64,000 nt of DNA, from positions 7,068,001-7,132,000 of the forward strand of contig OX597833.1 of NCBI GenBank assembly GCA_951406725.2, written 5' to 3'. This document shows positions 43,272 through 56,499 of this stretch, in pieces. The first letter of the stretch is position 1. Each line of letters opens with the position of its first letter. Source of the stretch: Octopus vulgaris. Its lineage: Eukaryota. A model generated the notes under the pieces. The model was not told the origin of the DNA. It was given only the letters and a program-made list of their open reading frames with translations, and searched no databases. The translations under genes were made by a program, and so were the position numbers.

Positions 43272-43352
43272 TTCTGTACGGACACCCAGTGAAGCTAGAT
43301 CGGCTGGTGACATATTCTTCTGTGTTACCTGGCTCTCACTCCTTCAAGCAAT

Positions 43353-43525
43353 TTGAGAAATAAAATAAAATTGCACTCAGCTTCAACGATGGAATTTGAC
43401 AATATCCAGCACGGTTACCTACGAGAAAAACTGTCCATCTACGGTTTCCAATTGTCCTTGGTCTTTCAGATGTCCGAACTTGTATCAAATCGGACTACGG
43501 CTGTGTGTACCAACGAAAATCTCTC
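43353..43525 (+). pseudogene. Decayed non-LTR reverse transcriptase fragment (CR1/Jockey group)
   Basis: EFDNIQHGYLREKLSIYGF...ELVSNRTTAV resembles the RT motif AFDxVxHxxLLxKLxxYG...FLSNRxxxV. Confidence 0.7.
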
Positions 43526-43605
43526 TGTCTCTCTCTCTGTCTCTGTCTCTCTCAAATTTCACCCTACAATCAGCAAAATGAAATATCTTATTAAATAATT
43601 CTAGA

Positions 43606-43732
43606 TGTAGTGTGGTAAATATCTTGCTTCCCAACCACATGGTTCTGGGTTCAGTCCCACTGCGTGGCACCTTGGGCAAGTCAAATCTGTGTTCATGGAT
43701 TTGGTAGACGGAAACTGAAAGAAGCCCGTCGT
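43606..43732 (+). mobile_element. SINE family A, 5' fragment with internal deletion
   Basis: Matches the head of family A. Confidence 0.8.
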
Positions 43733-44045
43733 GTGTGTGTGTGTGTGTGCTTGTGGGTATGTATGCATATATGTTTATATATATATACTTATATTCACAC
43801 ATATATACATGTACACACACATATACATATATGTACACACACACACATGCACACGCATAAGCACGCACACACACACATCTACACACACAACACACACTCA
43901 TATATATGGACTGTTGGTATGTGATGTATGCATGTATGTTTATATGCGTGTGTGTGGTGTGTAAATATGTTATATATATATATATATATATATACGGCAT
44001 ATATATGTATTATAAATATATATATATATATGTATATATGGCATA

Positions 44046-44112
<67 letters not shown>

Positions 44113-44835
44113 CTGTGTATGTATGTATGTATGTATGTATGGATGTATGGATGTATGTATGTATGTGTGTGTATGTATGTATGTATGTATGTATGTATGT
44201 ATGTATGTATGTGTGTATGTATGTATGTGTGTGTGTATGTATGTATGTATTTATGTATGTATGTATGTATGTATGTATGTATGTATGTATGTATGTATGT
44301 ATGTATGTATGTATGTATGTATGGATGGATGTATGTATGGATGTATGTATGGATGTATGTATGTATTTATGTATGTATGTATGGATGGATGGATGGATGT
44401 ATGTATGTATGTATGTATGTATGTATGTATGTGTGTGTGTGTGTATGTAATTATGTATGTATGTATGTATGTATGGATGTATGTATGGATGTATGTATGG
44501 ATGTATGTATGTATGTATGTATGTGTGTGTGTGTGTATGTGTGTATGTGTGTGTACACACCTTATGTTTCATGCGTCCAAGTTATAACATTTCGCTGACA
44601 TTTACCCCCAATGCTACCCAACCACACAACAGTCTCCCCCAGATTAAGTTACCCCTTACTGTCCACCACCCCTATGTTGTGGGTCACGGGGTACATAGTT
44701 GTGGCGCAGATAGACAGGGTGATAGTGACGGTGGTAGTTCTGACGGGGTCGGGTTTATGAAGGCAGTGGCAACGGTGGTAGTGATGAGGACGATGATGAT
44801 GACGGTGATGATGATGATGATGATGATGATGATGT

Positions 44836-45345
44836 ACTAGGCTTACAATGAATAAGTCCTGGGGTCGATTTGTTCGATTAAAGGCGGTGCTCCAGCATGG
44901 TCACAGTCAAATGACTGAAACAAGTAAAAGAATAAAAGAATAAATATATATAGGCGCAGGAGTGGCTGTGTGGTAAGTAGCTTGTTTACCAACCACATGG
45001 TTCTGGGTTCACTTGGGCAAGTGTCTTCTACTATAGCCTCAGGCCGACCAAAGCCTTGTGAGTGGATTTGGTAGACGGAAACTGAAAGAAGCCCGTCTTG
45101 TATATGTATATATATATATATGCGTGTGTGTGTTTGTGTATCTGTGTTTGTCCCTCTAGCATTGCTTGACAACCGATGCTGGTGTGTTTACGTCCCCGTC
45201 ACTTAGCGGTCCGGCAAAAGAGACCGATAGAATATGTACTAGGCTTACAAAAGAATAAGTCCCGGGGTCGAGTTGCTCGATTAAAGGCGGTGCTCCAGCA
45301 TGGCCGCAGTCAAATGACTGAAACAAGTAAAAGAGTAAAAGAGTA
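44836..45345 (+). mobile_element. SINE family A: 3' fragment (44836-44940) followed by a full copy (44953-45345)
   Basis: Two family-A tails in tandem. Confidence 0.9.
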
Positions 45346-45391
45346 TACGTACATACGTGCATACACACACACACTCACACACACACACACA

Positions 45392-45432
<41 letters not shown>

Positions 45433-45444
45433 AGAGAGAGAGAG

Positions 45445-46995
45445 ACGGCTGAAAAGTTCATAAGCTGACCAAGATACTCTCATGGAATGAGAGTCAGATA
45501 AAACGAAATCAGAATAGGGAGGGCGACCAAGCACTTCAAAGCTACATTCACACACAACAGCTATTGAAACCAAGGACTTGTGCGCCGAGTCATTGTCCTG
45601 ATGAAACAAGACCCTGTTTGCCTGGGTGTTTAGTCTCGATAGCCTTTCGTAACTGCCTTAGCAATTTGGCATAATACTCTCCATCGATGGTGTGGCCTTT
45701 TTCAATAAACACAATCCCTGTTGCATCCCAAAATACTGAGCCCATCAACTCCCCTGTAAATGAAACAACCTTGGCCTTCTTTTGAAGCGGGTGAGGAGGG
45801 GTGTTTCCACTGCGAGGATTGTCTCTTTGTCTGTGGCACAAAATGATGGATGCAACATTCATCCTAGGTTACGAAACGTCCAAAGAAACCTGCCGAATCT
45901 CCTTAATCTGCCTCAAACAATGTCAGATTTTCCCGTGATGTGATCAGCTTGGTGCACTTTTGATCAGGTGTCTGAAGACATGGCACTCACCAAGCAGAAA
46001 CCTTCATCACGCCAAGTTCCTTTGTGCAGAATATTCTCAACTCTCTTGTGGGAGATGCTAATAGCATTGGCTGTTTGAGTTAGTTAGTTAGTTAGTTAGT
46101 TAATTTTTGGCTCAAAAGCAAATAGCAAGGCCATGTAGGGGGACATGGAATTAAGTACAGGGTGGTGTTCATGTAAAGAGTTCAGGCCACTTGAGGTCAA
46201 GGGAGACTTTGAACAAAGCGGTCGTCGGCATCTTCACCATCTCGTCTGGCAGCTTGTTCCACGGATCTGCAACCCAGACGGAGAAAGCTCCTCTCCTTCG
46301 ATTGAGATGAAATCGTCGCAGGTAGAGCTTTTAGGAATGACCCCGCAGCCGACGCTCTGGAGCAGGAGTGAAGAACAGCTCTATAGCCAGTTGTCTGACA
46401 TCCATCATCATGTGGTGAACATGATCAATGTTTTGCTCAGGGGTTGACAGCTGTTGAACCTCCAGATTTGGGGGTCTTCTTCAAGACTCTGTTCCCTTCA
46501 TAAATTCAGCTGCCCACTTTTGCACTGTTGATAAAGCTGGAGCGCCGTCCCTTAATCTGGTGACCCCCCAACACTCATTCCAACCCAGGCTGAGTGGGTT
46601 CCATCATTTTGAAGCAGCGACAAAGAGACAATCCATACGGTTGAAACACTCCTCCTCACCTGCTCCAAAGAACAACGTCGTTTCATCTGCAGGGAAGGTG
46701 ATGGCCTCAGTTTGTGGCCTCATCTGATTATCATCTGTTCCCCAAACATGAAAAAAAAAAAACAAAAACAATTGGCTGGGAACCAAATATCGCACTGATA
46801 ATGACGTCATGTCTGCTGTTGATGATTCTTTTGACCAACGGGATAAAAGCTTCTTCACAAATGGGATCCAGGAACTGCAACGCCGATGGGAGAAGAAGTG
46901 TGTGGATTGCAAAGGGGACTAAGTTGAAAACTAAACCTCATTTGGTCACATCCCATGTGAATTATGTTGGTCACCTTAAGAACCTTTCAGCTGAC
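45445..46995. mobile_element. Rearranged mariner relic with degenerate TIRs and transposase fragments on both strands
   Basis: Minus: APALSTVQKWAAEF, KKAKVVS..GELMGSVFWDATGIV, EYYAKLLRQLRKAI, FHQDNDSAH. Plus: SSAGKVMASV, SDYHLFP, FFTNGIQELQRRWEKKCVD. Ends GCTGAAAAGTTCATAAGCTGACCAA / TTGGTCACCTTAAGAACCTTTCAGC. Confidence 0.85.
46078..46381 (-). mobile_element. CR1 LINE 3' fragment inserted in the mariner relic
   Basis: Minus strand reads RRLRGHS*KLYLRRFHLNRRRGAFSVWVADPWNKLPDEMV..FKVSLD, with a (TAAC)n tail. Confidence 0.85.
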
Positions 46996-47026
46996 CCCAT
47001 GAATATGTATATGCGTGTGAGTATAT

Positions 47027-47258
47027 TATTTCTTTACTACCCACAAGGGGCTGAACACAGAGAGGACAAACAAGGACAGACAAATGGATTAAGTCGATTA
47101 TATCGACCCCAGTGCGTAACTGGTACTTATTTAATCGACCCTGAAAGGATGAAAGGCAATGTCGACCTCGACGGAATTTGAACTCAGAACGTAACGGCAG
47201 ACGAAATACGGCTACGCGTTTCGCCCGGCGTGCTAACGTTTCTGCCATTTCGCCGCCT
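47027..47258 (-). mobile_element. SINE family B
   Basis: Reverse complement of 59346-59579. Confidence 0.88.
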
Positions 47259-47288
47259 TTGCGTGTGAATATCTTAAAGACTTAAAAG

Positions 47289-47608
47289 ACTCCGCCGGTT
47301 ACGACGACGAGGGTCCCAGCTGATCCGATCAACGGAACAGCTTGCTCGTGAAATTAACGTGCAAATGGCTGAGCATTCCACAGACACGTGTACCCTTAAC
47401 GTAGTTCTCGGGGATAATCAGCGTGACACAGAGAGTGACAAGGCTGACCCTTTGAAATACAAGTACAACTCATTTTTGCCAGCTGAGTGGACTGGAGCAA
47501 CGTGAAATTAAGTGTCTTGCTCAAGGACACAACGCGTCGCCGGGAATCGAACTCACAACCTTACGATCATGAGCCGAATGCCTTAACCACTAAGCCACGC
47601 GCCCTCCG
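47289..47608 (-). mobile_element. tRNA-derived SINE family C with a Meta-like domain, full length
   Basis: Minus strand reads TGGCTTAGTGGTTAAGG...GAGTTCGATTCCC...GTTGTGTCCTTGAGCAAGACACTT..TCCACTCAGCTG. Confidence 0.85.
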
Positions 47609-47994
47609 TGTGAGTATATGTAAGAGTGTATGTATCTATAAGAAAGTGTGTGCTTGTGTGTGCTTTGTAGGTTGTGGTGCAGCATAGCTGAATGGTTTGC
47701 AATCACGAGGTCACAGGTTCGATCTTACAGCACGGTATCTTGGGCAAGTATCTTTTACTATAGCCTCGGATTAGGCCAAACTTTTTCGTGAGTGAAATGA
47801 GGTAGACGGAAACTGTAAGGAAACCCCTACTGAGAGCTTGTAACCATCATTTAAAGGTTCAATATTATCACAGTGTGTTTCATACGTGAGAATTATTTTG
47901 AGGATACACGAGTTTGCGAAGTACTCAGCCACTTGCACGAGGAGCGGGAAACAAGTGAAACATCACCGTCGAAGCAGACGGAGATCCATTTACG

Positions 47995-48030
<36 letters not shown>

Positions 48031-48083
48031 AATATTAGATCTTGTTATGTTATTCGTTCCATAGTATTCTGTGTAAGAAATGT

Positions 48084-48129
<46 letters not shown>

Positions 48130-48525
48130 AACAATACATATGTACAAATGTATGTATATGTGTGCGTGTATATGTGTGTGTGTGTGTATGTATATATACA
48201 TGTACGCATACACACACACACATACACACACTCCCACACTCCCACACACACACTGGCAGCCATATTTCTAAAGAACTACCAGCTCTGGAATGACAACATC
48301 CACTGACTCCCTAAAGCTCCCTTGATGCGTTTTAACCCAGTTTTGGCTACTTTGGCACCACCACCACCACCACCTCTCTACCATCATCACCATCACCATC
48401 ATCGTCACCATCATCCCCTATCTTCTTTACCCTTCTCCAGTCCTCACCCTTTCCCATCTCCCATCACTTCATACATGTGTTTGCGCCCGCGCACGCGTGT
48501 TTCTGTGTGAGTGCGCGCGTGTGTA

Positions 48526-48575
<50 letters not shown>

Positions 48576-48652
48576 TGTATATATACGTATGTATGTGTGT
48601 GTGTATATATATAATAAATATATATAAATATGTGTATATATATATATATATA

Positions 48653-48708
<56 letters not shown>

Positions 48709-48780
48709 GTATATATATGTATGTATGTATGTATGAATATATATATACATATATATATATGTATGTATGTATGTATGTAT

Positions 48781-48842
<62 letters not shown>

Positions 48843-48878
48843 AATGTAGGTACATACGTATATACAAACATACATACA

Positions 48879-48938
<60 letters not shown>

Positions 48939-49089
48939 TATAATATCGGTGTGTATATACACATTTTTGTTCGACCTCATTTTCTTTTTCTTCTTCTTTT
49001 TGTTTTGTTTAGCTTCTGGCCCCTCCCCTCCTCACCGACCAGTCTGCACACTTCACCTAGCACAGATGTGGTGAGAGGGACAGACTGAC

Positions 49090-49132
<43 letters not shown>

Positions 49133-49275
49133 GGAGGTATTTATGTATGTGAATGTATATATCTATTTATCTAAGTGTATATATCTATATATACATATAT
49201 ATAATGTGGGTTCGTATGTCGTATGATGTGTGTGTCAATACGTTTGTACATGTGCGTATGTGTGTATGCATTTGT

Positions 49276-49310
<35 letters not shown>

Positions 49311-49327
49311 TGTGTACACACACACAC

Positions 49328-49359
<32 letters not shown>

Positions 49360-49879
49360 GGATAGATAGATAGATGGATAGATAGATAGATATGTGAACA
49401 TATATCTGTTTGCATGTTACACACATACACTCACATATATGTTATATACAAATACTACACACACGTATATGTTACACACACACACACACACACACACGTA
49501 TGTATATAGAAAGTTTCAGATGGGGGTAGCGAAATAAACGACAGAGACAGTTGTGTATGTGTGCGTGTATAACAAGTGATATATAGAGAGAAGAGAGAAA
49601 GGAGAAGAGAGACGAGTAGAGAGAGTGAGAGGGAGAGAGAGACGATATGGAATGATAGAGAGGGGAGAGAGAGAGATGGGAGAAGCCAAGTGTAGAATAA
49701 TGGTCAGGTGAATAATGTTATAGAATCGTTTCTGTTAGTTTCCAGACCGTTCTACAAATGTCGAACCATTTGTGTAGAAAGGAGATCCGTGGCACAATAT
49801 CAATGTATTGAGTTCTCTCTATCCTGAATGGCCTTCTTCATCTTCATAAAAAGTCGATATATATATATATACACACGCA

Positions 49880-50040
49880 TTTTTTTCTCTCCTTGTTTTT
49901 TTCTGTGTCCCTTTCTGTAGAAGAGCGTAGGCCCGAAGCGTAAAATACTTTTTCTATTCCTGAGCGTTATACTAGTACATCTGTTTGTTTTGTACACCAC
50001 CTGTCTTCGTCTTTTGTTTTTTTCGTAAACTCTCCCTATA
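49880..50040 (+). mobile_element. Dispersed repeat, likely Penelope-like terminal repeat fragment
   Basis: Inverted homologue at 24443-24590 and a remnant near 11340-11400; GAAGAGCGTAGGC.CGAA.CGT motif. Confidence 0.55.
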
Positions 50041-50770
50041 TATTTTATTTATTTATTATATTGTTATTATATGACCGAACGCACGCGTCGTTTCTCTTCG
50101 TTTCTCTTCTCCAAGTAACTTTTTATTTGAATAATCCTGACGCGCACTCTTACTCTTTACTTCACCTTTCCTCCCTGCCCGTCTCTCTTCCTCTCTACTT
50201 GCCTCTCTCCTTCTTATTTTTCACCCTTTCTGGTTTCTTTCCCCCCCCTCTCTCTCTCCTCTCTCTGGTTCGTTGACCAGAGCGCTACTAAAAACTTTCT
50301 TTCAGCTCTGTGCCTCCACAAGCATAGACCGACTTTTCTGTCTCTCCGCAAGCCGATTTTTCACATGCGTTCTAACTAATTTTTCCACCGTCTAGGCCTA
50401 AAAAAAGCCCTTTTTGTTTGTTCCTTGTCCTGTTTTCCTTATTCGTACTGTTTTTTCTACTGTCTTTTCTTCATTTGTATTGCTTTTACGTCCTGTTCTT
50501 GTAACTAGTTTTACCCTTCGGCAAAAGAATTTTATTTAATTCCTTTTGCAGGAAGGACTGCTTCGGTCTGGCCGTGTTCTGTCCTTACCTTCGAAACACG
50601 CATTGAGCCGAACCAGGGACAGCTGGGAATTTTCCTTGTATTGTTTGTCCTGTACTCTGTTTTTTCGTTGTTAAAAAAAGTCCGTTTCCTTGTTTAATTT
50701 TGTTTTCGTTACTCGTTCTACGTTTATTTGTGGTGTCCTGTACTCATATATATATATATATATATATATA

Positions 50771-51181
50771 TAACATAAGGGACGTTAGCCATCTGAATGT
50801 GGCTAGGGACAGGGCAGGGCGGTGGGGGTGTTACTGATGCATTTAGCCCCAGGCGATCATCAACGTCACCAGGAGGGCTGACGCCATCACGGCGTCCTCT
50901 AGCCTGCAAAGGGAGATCATTCCCCGAAGAAGCGGATGCCACATACGTCGAGGGGCGGTGCCTGCCATACGTTGATAATAGGCAAACACCTTGAAACCTA
51001 GGTCCGTATGTGGCATCCGCTTCTTCGGGGAATGATCTCCCTTTGCAGGCTAGAGGACACCGAGATGGCGTCAGCCCTCCTGGTGACGTTGATGATCGCC
51101 TGGGGCTAAATGCATCAGTAACACCCCCAACGCCCTGCCCTGTCCCTAGCCACATTCAGATGACTAACGTCCCTTATGTTA
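50771..51181. repeat. GC-rich long inverted repeat: ~175-bp arms, 57-bp spacer; MITE-like
   Basis: Arms 50771-50947 and 51005-51181 are near-perfect reverse complements. Confidence 0.95.
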
Positions 51182-51224
51182 TGGAGCAGTTACTGTATAT
51201 ACCTCGTTTAGAGAATTATTATTG

Positions 51225-51266
<42 letters not shown>

Positions 51267-51379
51267 TTGTATATATACATGTAGATGTAAGTATGTACAT
51301 ATATGTATGTATATATGCATATATTTTATTTATTTATTATATTGTTATTATATATATATTATATATATGTATATATATT

Positions 51380-51427
<48 letters not shown>

Positions 51428-51745
51428 CGCCACAGCTCGTGAGCTGAAACTAGATGAAATGAAATGAAATGATATGTGTAGTGTGTATGTGTGCGTGTGC
51501 AATGTTCTCGGAGGGCTTCTATACAGTTTCCGTCAACCTGTTTTCATTGTAAAGGTGTGCCTCGACCGGACACTAGTAACTCTTTTACAAGATGTCACGC
51601 TATGGGACCGAACCTGAAACCACGTGGTTCCGAAATGAGCTTTCTAACCATTCCATCGTACCCCGCCTATGACGTGTGCGTAGCATGTATATATATGTGT
51701 ATATATACATGGATATACATATGTATATGTGTGTGTATCTCTGTA

Positions 51746-52583
51746 TACATGATCTGATCAATAAGTATCCGGACTGTTGGCATAGTAACGAAGCTAAAGC
51801 ACGCAGAGTGAAGTGGCTTGGCAAAAATTGACCTCGAACTCTGGTGCGCATGCGCACTAAGTTTTAACGTTCTAGCTCACTTCCGCTGTTTACAGCAGTG
51901 CTTGGAAGTTAGATGTGTAGCATGTGATCGTCGCATCGACCAGGACTGAAAGTTGAGCAGAGAATCTGCTTCAAATTTTGCCAAAATCTTGGTGATACCT
52001 GCTCAGAAGCCTACGCAAAGTTTTCAAAAAGTTTTCATCGTTCTCGACGCAATCAAGATCTTGTGCCCCTGAAACCCGAGTGTCTTTTTGGTCAACCGAA
52101 AGCAGTTTTTGGCACAAACTTGGCAGACGCTCCTCTCATACCCAAATCTTCATTGATAATGGACTGAACTGAACTGAACCGTAACTAATCTGCACATCCT
52201 CTGATAACTCACGGATGGTGATTCGATGATTTTCCCCTCACAACTGCACACGCATCTGCAATGTTTTTCTCAGTTCTGCTGGTTGTGGGTCTCCCAGAAT
52301 ATTCATCAATATCAATATTTTTTCAGCCATCTTGCAACTTTGTGTCGGCCTCTGAGCAGGTATGGCCTTGACAACTTTCCCTCTGATGGTCAACGCCTCG
52401 ATCACACGCTACACACCTTCCTACCAATCACTGATATAAACAGCGGAAGTGAGTTAGGACGTTAAAACTTAGTACGCATACACAGCAGAGTTCAAGGTCA
52501 ATCTGTGCCAAGCAAATTCAGTCTGGGTGCTTTAGCTTCGTTACTATGGCAACAGTCCGGATACTTATTGATCAGACCTCGTA
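51746..52583. mobile_element. Mariner-derived non-autonomous element with ~210-bp inverted ends
   Basis: TIR (TA)CGAGGTCTGATCAATAAGTATCCGGACT. Plus strand EQRICFKFCQNLGDTCSEAY; minus strand SGRPTTSRTEKNI, HRITIRELSEDVQIS, DLGMRGASAKFVPK. Confidence 0.9.
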
Positions 52584-52814
52584 TATGCACGTTGTGTGCG
52601 CACACGCGTGTGTGTATGTATGTATACATATATGTGTAGATATATATATATAAACACACACACACATATATATATACAAAAACACACCTATATATGTATA
52701 TATATACATGTATGTATATATGTATATATATATATATATGTATACATATATATATATATGTGTGTGTGTGTGTATATATATATACATATATGAATACATA
52801 TATATATACGTATG

Positions 52815-52845
<31 letters not shown>

Positions 52846-52884
52846 AGATATAAATACATACATATATATATATGTATATGTATG

Positions 52885-52933
<49 letters not shown>

Positions 52934-53344
52934 GCATGTATGTATATATGGATACATATACGTGTGTGATATCAGATTGAAATGTTGAGAAGTCTTCAAA
53001 CATTGATATCTGAAAGCATTCCAGAAATGTGTAAGAACCCTTAGGTAAGTAATCTGCCTGCTGCTGTGCCAGAATAAGGACCCCGGGGCAGCCAGTAAGT
53101 AAAAGAAAAAAGGGGATAGGTTATCGTGAGGGATGGTATTTGAACCGTATAGCGTTCATATTACCCAAGATCATGAAACCTGACTCTTTCTAACGTTTAC
53201 TTTACGAGAGAAGCTGTTTCTTTGACAAATCGTCGTTTTTCACCTCTCGAGAGCCTTTCCCAAAACCATAAAGCCATTATGGGCATTTGATCAACCTTTT
53301 CAATATCAAGCTAATCACCATTTACGTAGTGAGTCGATCTATCC

Positions 53345-54075
53345 ACTCAACACCAACACACTGTGTCTGTCCATCCTGTCAACGTCTACACACGGTGTCT
53401 GTCCATCCTGTCAACATCAACACACTGTGTCTGTCCATCCTGTCAACATCAACACACTGTGTCTGTCCATCCTGTCAGCATCTACACACTGTCTGTCCAT
53501 CCTGTCAACATCTACACACTGTGTCTGTCCAATTTGTCAACATCTACACACTGTGTCTGTCCATCCTGTCAGCATCTACACACTGTCTGTCCATCCTGTC
53601 AACATCTACACACTGTGTCTGTCCAATTTGTCAACATCTACACACTGTGTCTGTCCATCCTGTCAGCATCTACACAGTGTCTGTCCAATTTGTCAACATC
53701 TACACACTGTGTCTGTCCATCCTGTCAACATCTACACACTGTGTCTATCTCCCCAGTCAACATCTATACACTTTGTCCATCCAGTCAACATCTACACACT
53801 GTCTGTCCATCCTGTCAACATCTATACACAGTGTCTGTCCATCCTGTCAACATCAACACACTGTGTCTGTCCATCCTGTCAACATCTATACACAGTGTCT
53901 GTCCATCCTGTCAACATCTACACACAGTGTCTGTCCATCCTGTCAACATCTACACACTGTGTCTGTCCATCCTGTCTGCATCTATACATTGTGTCTATTT
54001 ATCCTCACAACATCTACACATTGTGGTCTATCTCCCCAGTCGCCATCTACACACTTTGTCTATCTACCCAGCTAA
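53345..54075 (+). repeat. Minisatellite of about 22 units of 30-32 bp, consensus CTGTGTCTGTCCATCCTGTCAACATCTACACA
   Basis: Directly visible tandem copies; explains the three overlapping repetitive ORFs here. Confidence 0.95.
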
Positions 54076-54207
54076 CATCTGGTATTAGGGGTAGAATGTT
54101 AGTTAGGTGGATGTACCTACTTGAAACTCAAACTCAAATATGCCAAGTAGCTCGTGCGAGCAGTTGCCTAATGGATTAACGACGAGTGTCATGTTGCAGT
54201 ACATATG

Positions 54208-54252
<45 letters not shown>

Positions 54253-54336
54253 AAACACACACACGCACACACAAACACACATACGCATATACACACACAA
54301 ACACACACACACACACACACACAAACGCACGCACTA

Positions 54337-54377
<41 letters not shown>

Positions 54378-55477
54378 CACATATGCACGCACACACAAGC
54401 ACGCACGCACAATGCACGCACGCTCACACACACACATACATACACACAGGCGTCTATATGCATTCACATATACATTAACACATGGTGTATAAGCTCACTT
54501 ATCCCTCAACATATACATACACCTATATATATACACACTTTCATAAACACGCAACACAACATACACATATATTAACATAAACACACACATATATATATAT
54601 GCAGTTACACACATGCACAACACTACACATATACTTTGACACGCGCGAGCACACACATCAGTACATTACATAGACACACACACACATTTACACATATGTA
54701 CGTAACACTACACACGCATAAAATCTACACGTGTAATCAAACATACAGCGTAAACACATATATAGAGTAACATATATGCCACACGCATACATGCATACAT
54801 ACATACATACATACATACATACGTACATACATACAGGCACACATACATACATACATACATACATACATACATACATACATACAGGCATACATACATACAT
54901 GCATGCATACATACATACATACATACATACATACATACATACATACATACATACGTACATACATACATACATACATACATACATACATACATACATACAT
55001 ACATACATACATACATACATACATACACATACGCATACATACACACACATACATACATATATACACACACACACATACACACACATACATACATACATAC
55101 ACATACGCACACACACTTTTATATATGTGTATATACTCACATACACAAGCGCATACTCACTCACACACATATATACAGAGAGAGAGACAGCCTGCACACA
55201 CACTCTACACACATACCAACATACATAGACACACGTGCGCGTGCATACGCGCGCACATGCACAAAGACTTACACAATCGCACATACGAACAATCACAAAC
55301 GTACACATGCATACATACACTTACATACACTTACATACATATGTATACAACGACACACACTCATAAAGGCACGCATACAATCACACACGCAGCAGATCGC
55401 TTGTTTAAACACAAAACGAAGGCGCCCGAATGCGATCGCTAGTATCTGCTAACAATCCGGCCTACAGAAGGCACAGT

Positions 55478-55785
55478 GGAGGCCCATGGCCTAGTGGTTA
55501 GAGCAGCGGACTTCCAGTCGAGGGATCGCGGGTTCGAATCTCAGACCGGGCGATGTGTGTGTTTATGAGCAAAACACCTAAGCTCCACGCGGCTCCGGCA
55601 GAAGGTAATGGTGAACTTCTGCTGACTCTTTCGCCACAACCTTCTTTCACTCTTTCCTCCTGCATCTTGCAGCTCACCTGCGACGGACCGGCGTCCCGTC
55701 CAGGTGGGGAACCTATACACCAAGAAACAGGGAAACCGGCCCTAATGAGCCAGGCATGGCTCGAGAAGGAACAAACAACAACTGA
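55478..55785 (+). mobile_element. tRNA-derived SINE family D
   Basis: A-box TGGCCTAGTGGTTAG, B-box GGGTTCGAATCTC, V-SINE-like CCTGCGACGGACCGGCGTCCCGTCCAGG, (AAC)n tail. Confidence 0.75.
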
Positions 55786-55950
55786 AGGCACAACGCCTGA
55801 AATTTTTGAGGGGAGGGGACTAGTCGATTACATCGACCCCTGTACGCAACTGGTACTTAATTTATCGACCCCGAAAGGATGAAAGGCAAAGTCGACCTCG
55901 GCGGAATTTGAACTCAGAATGTAGCGACGAAGTCAGAAATACCGACGAAA
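55786..55950 (-). mobile_element. SINE family B, partial
   Basis: Reverse complement of the central domain and B-box. Confidence 0.8.
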
Positions 55951-56499
55951 TTCATGTATACAAGCATACATACATTTATACATGCATACATGTATGCATA
56001 GATACATACGCATTAAATATAATTACATACGCAATCATTAAAGCATGATTCTACATATATACATTAATAATGTCTAGATCTGCTTCTGGTCTCAATATGA
56101 AAACCCGCCCTACGTGTGTGTGTAGGTGGGTGCATTTGTGCGAGTGTAGGAAAACAGTCAATGAATACACTCCATTGGTACTCCCAGTTTCTCTCGCGAC
56201 GTATAAAAATATGATCCTTGAGACAATGTTGTGAAGGTCGTTGAAAGACGATATCATGTCCTGGTGCATATCTGGGAAATTGTCTTGTTGCTTGAGGATG
56301 ATCACGGAGTCTGCAAAATCATGACGGTTGAATCACTGTACGCAGTAGAGGAGGATGACTTGGAATTGAACCTTGAAGGCCGACCTTGGTATCGAACTTT
56401 GAAGGCCGACTTTTTTAGAGTTGATTTTTATGGATTGTAACGAAGAACATCCGCCCCCAGGCAACAGTTGGATTATAATCGAACATTTCCTTAACTGAT

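Noticed and set aside
53287-54179. Cys/His-rich 240-260 aa ORFs resembling zinc-finger or metallothionein repeats
   Set aside because: All three frames are open with the same permuted peptide, as expected for a stop-free tandem repeat; no finger spacing or splice support
55478-55550. tRNA gene
   Set aside because: The tRNA-like A/B boxes continue into SINE body and tail with no intact acceptor stem; the same holds for the other SINE heads
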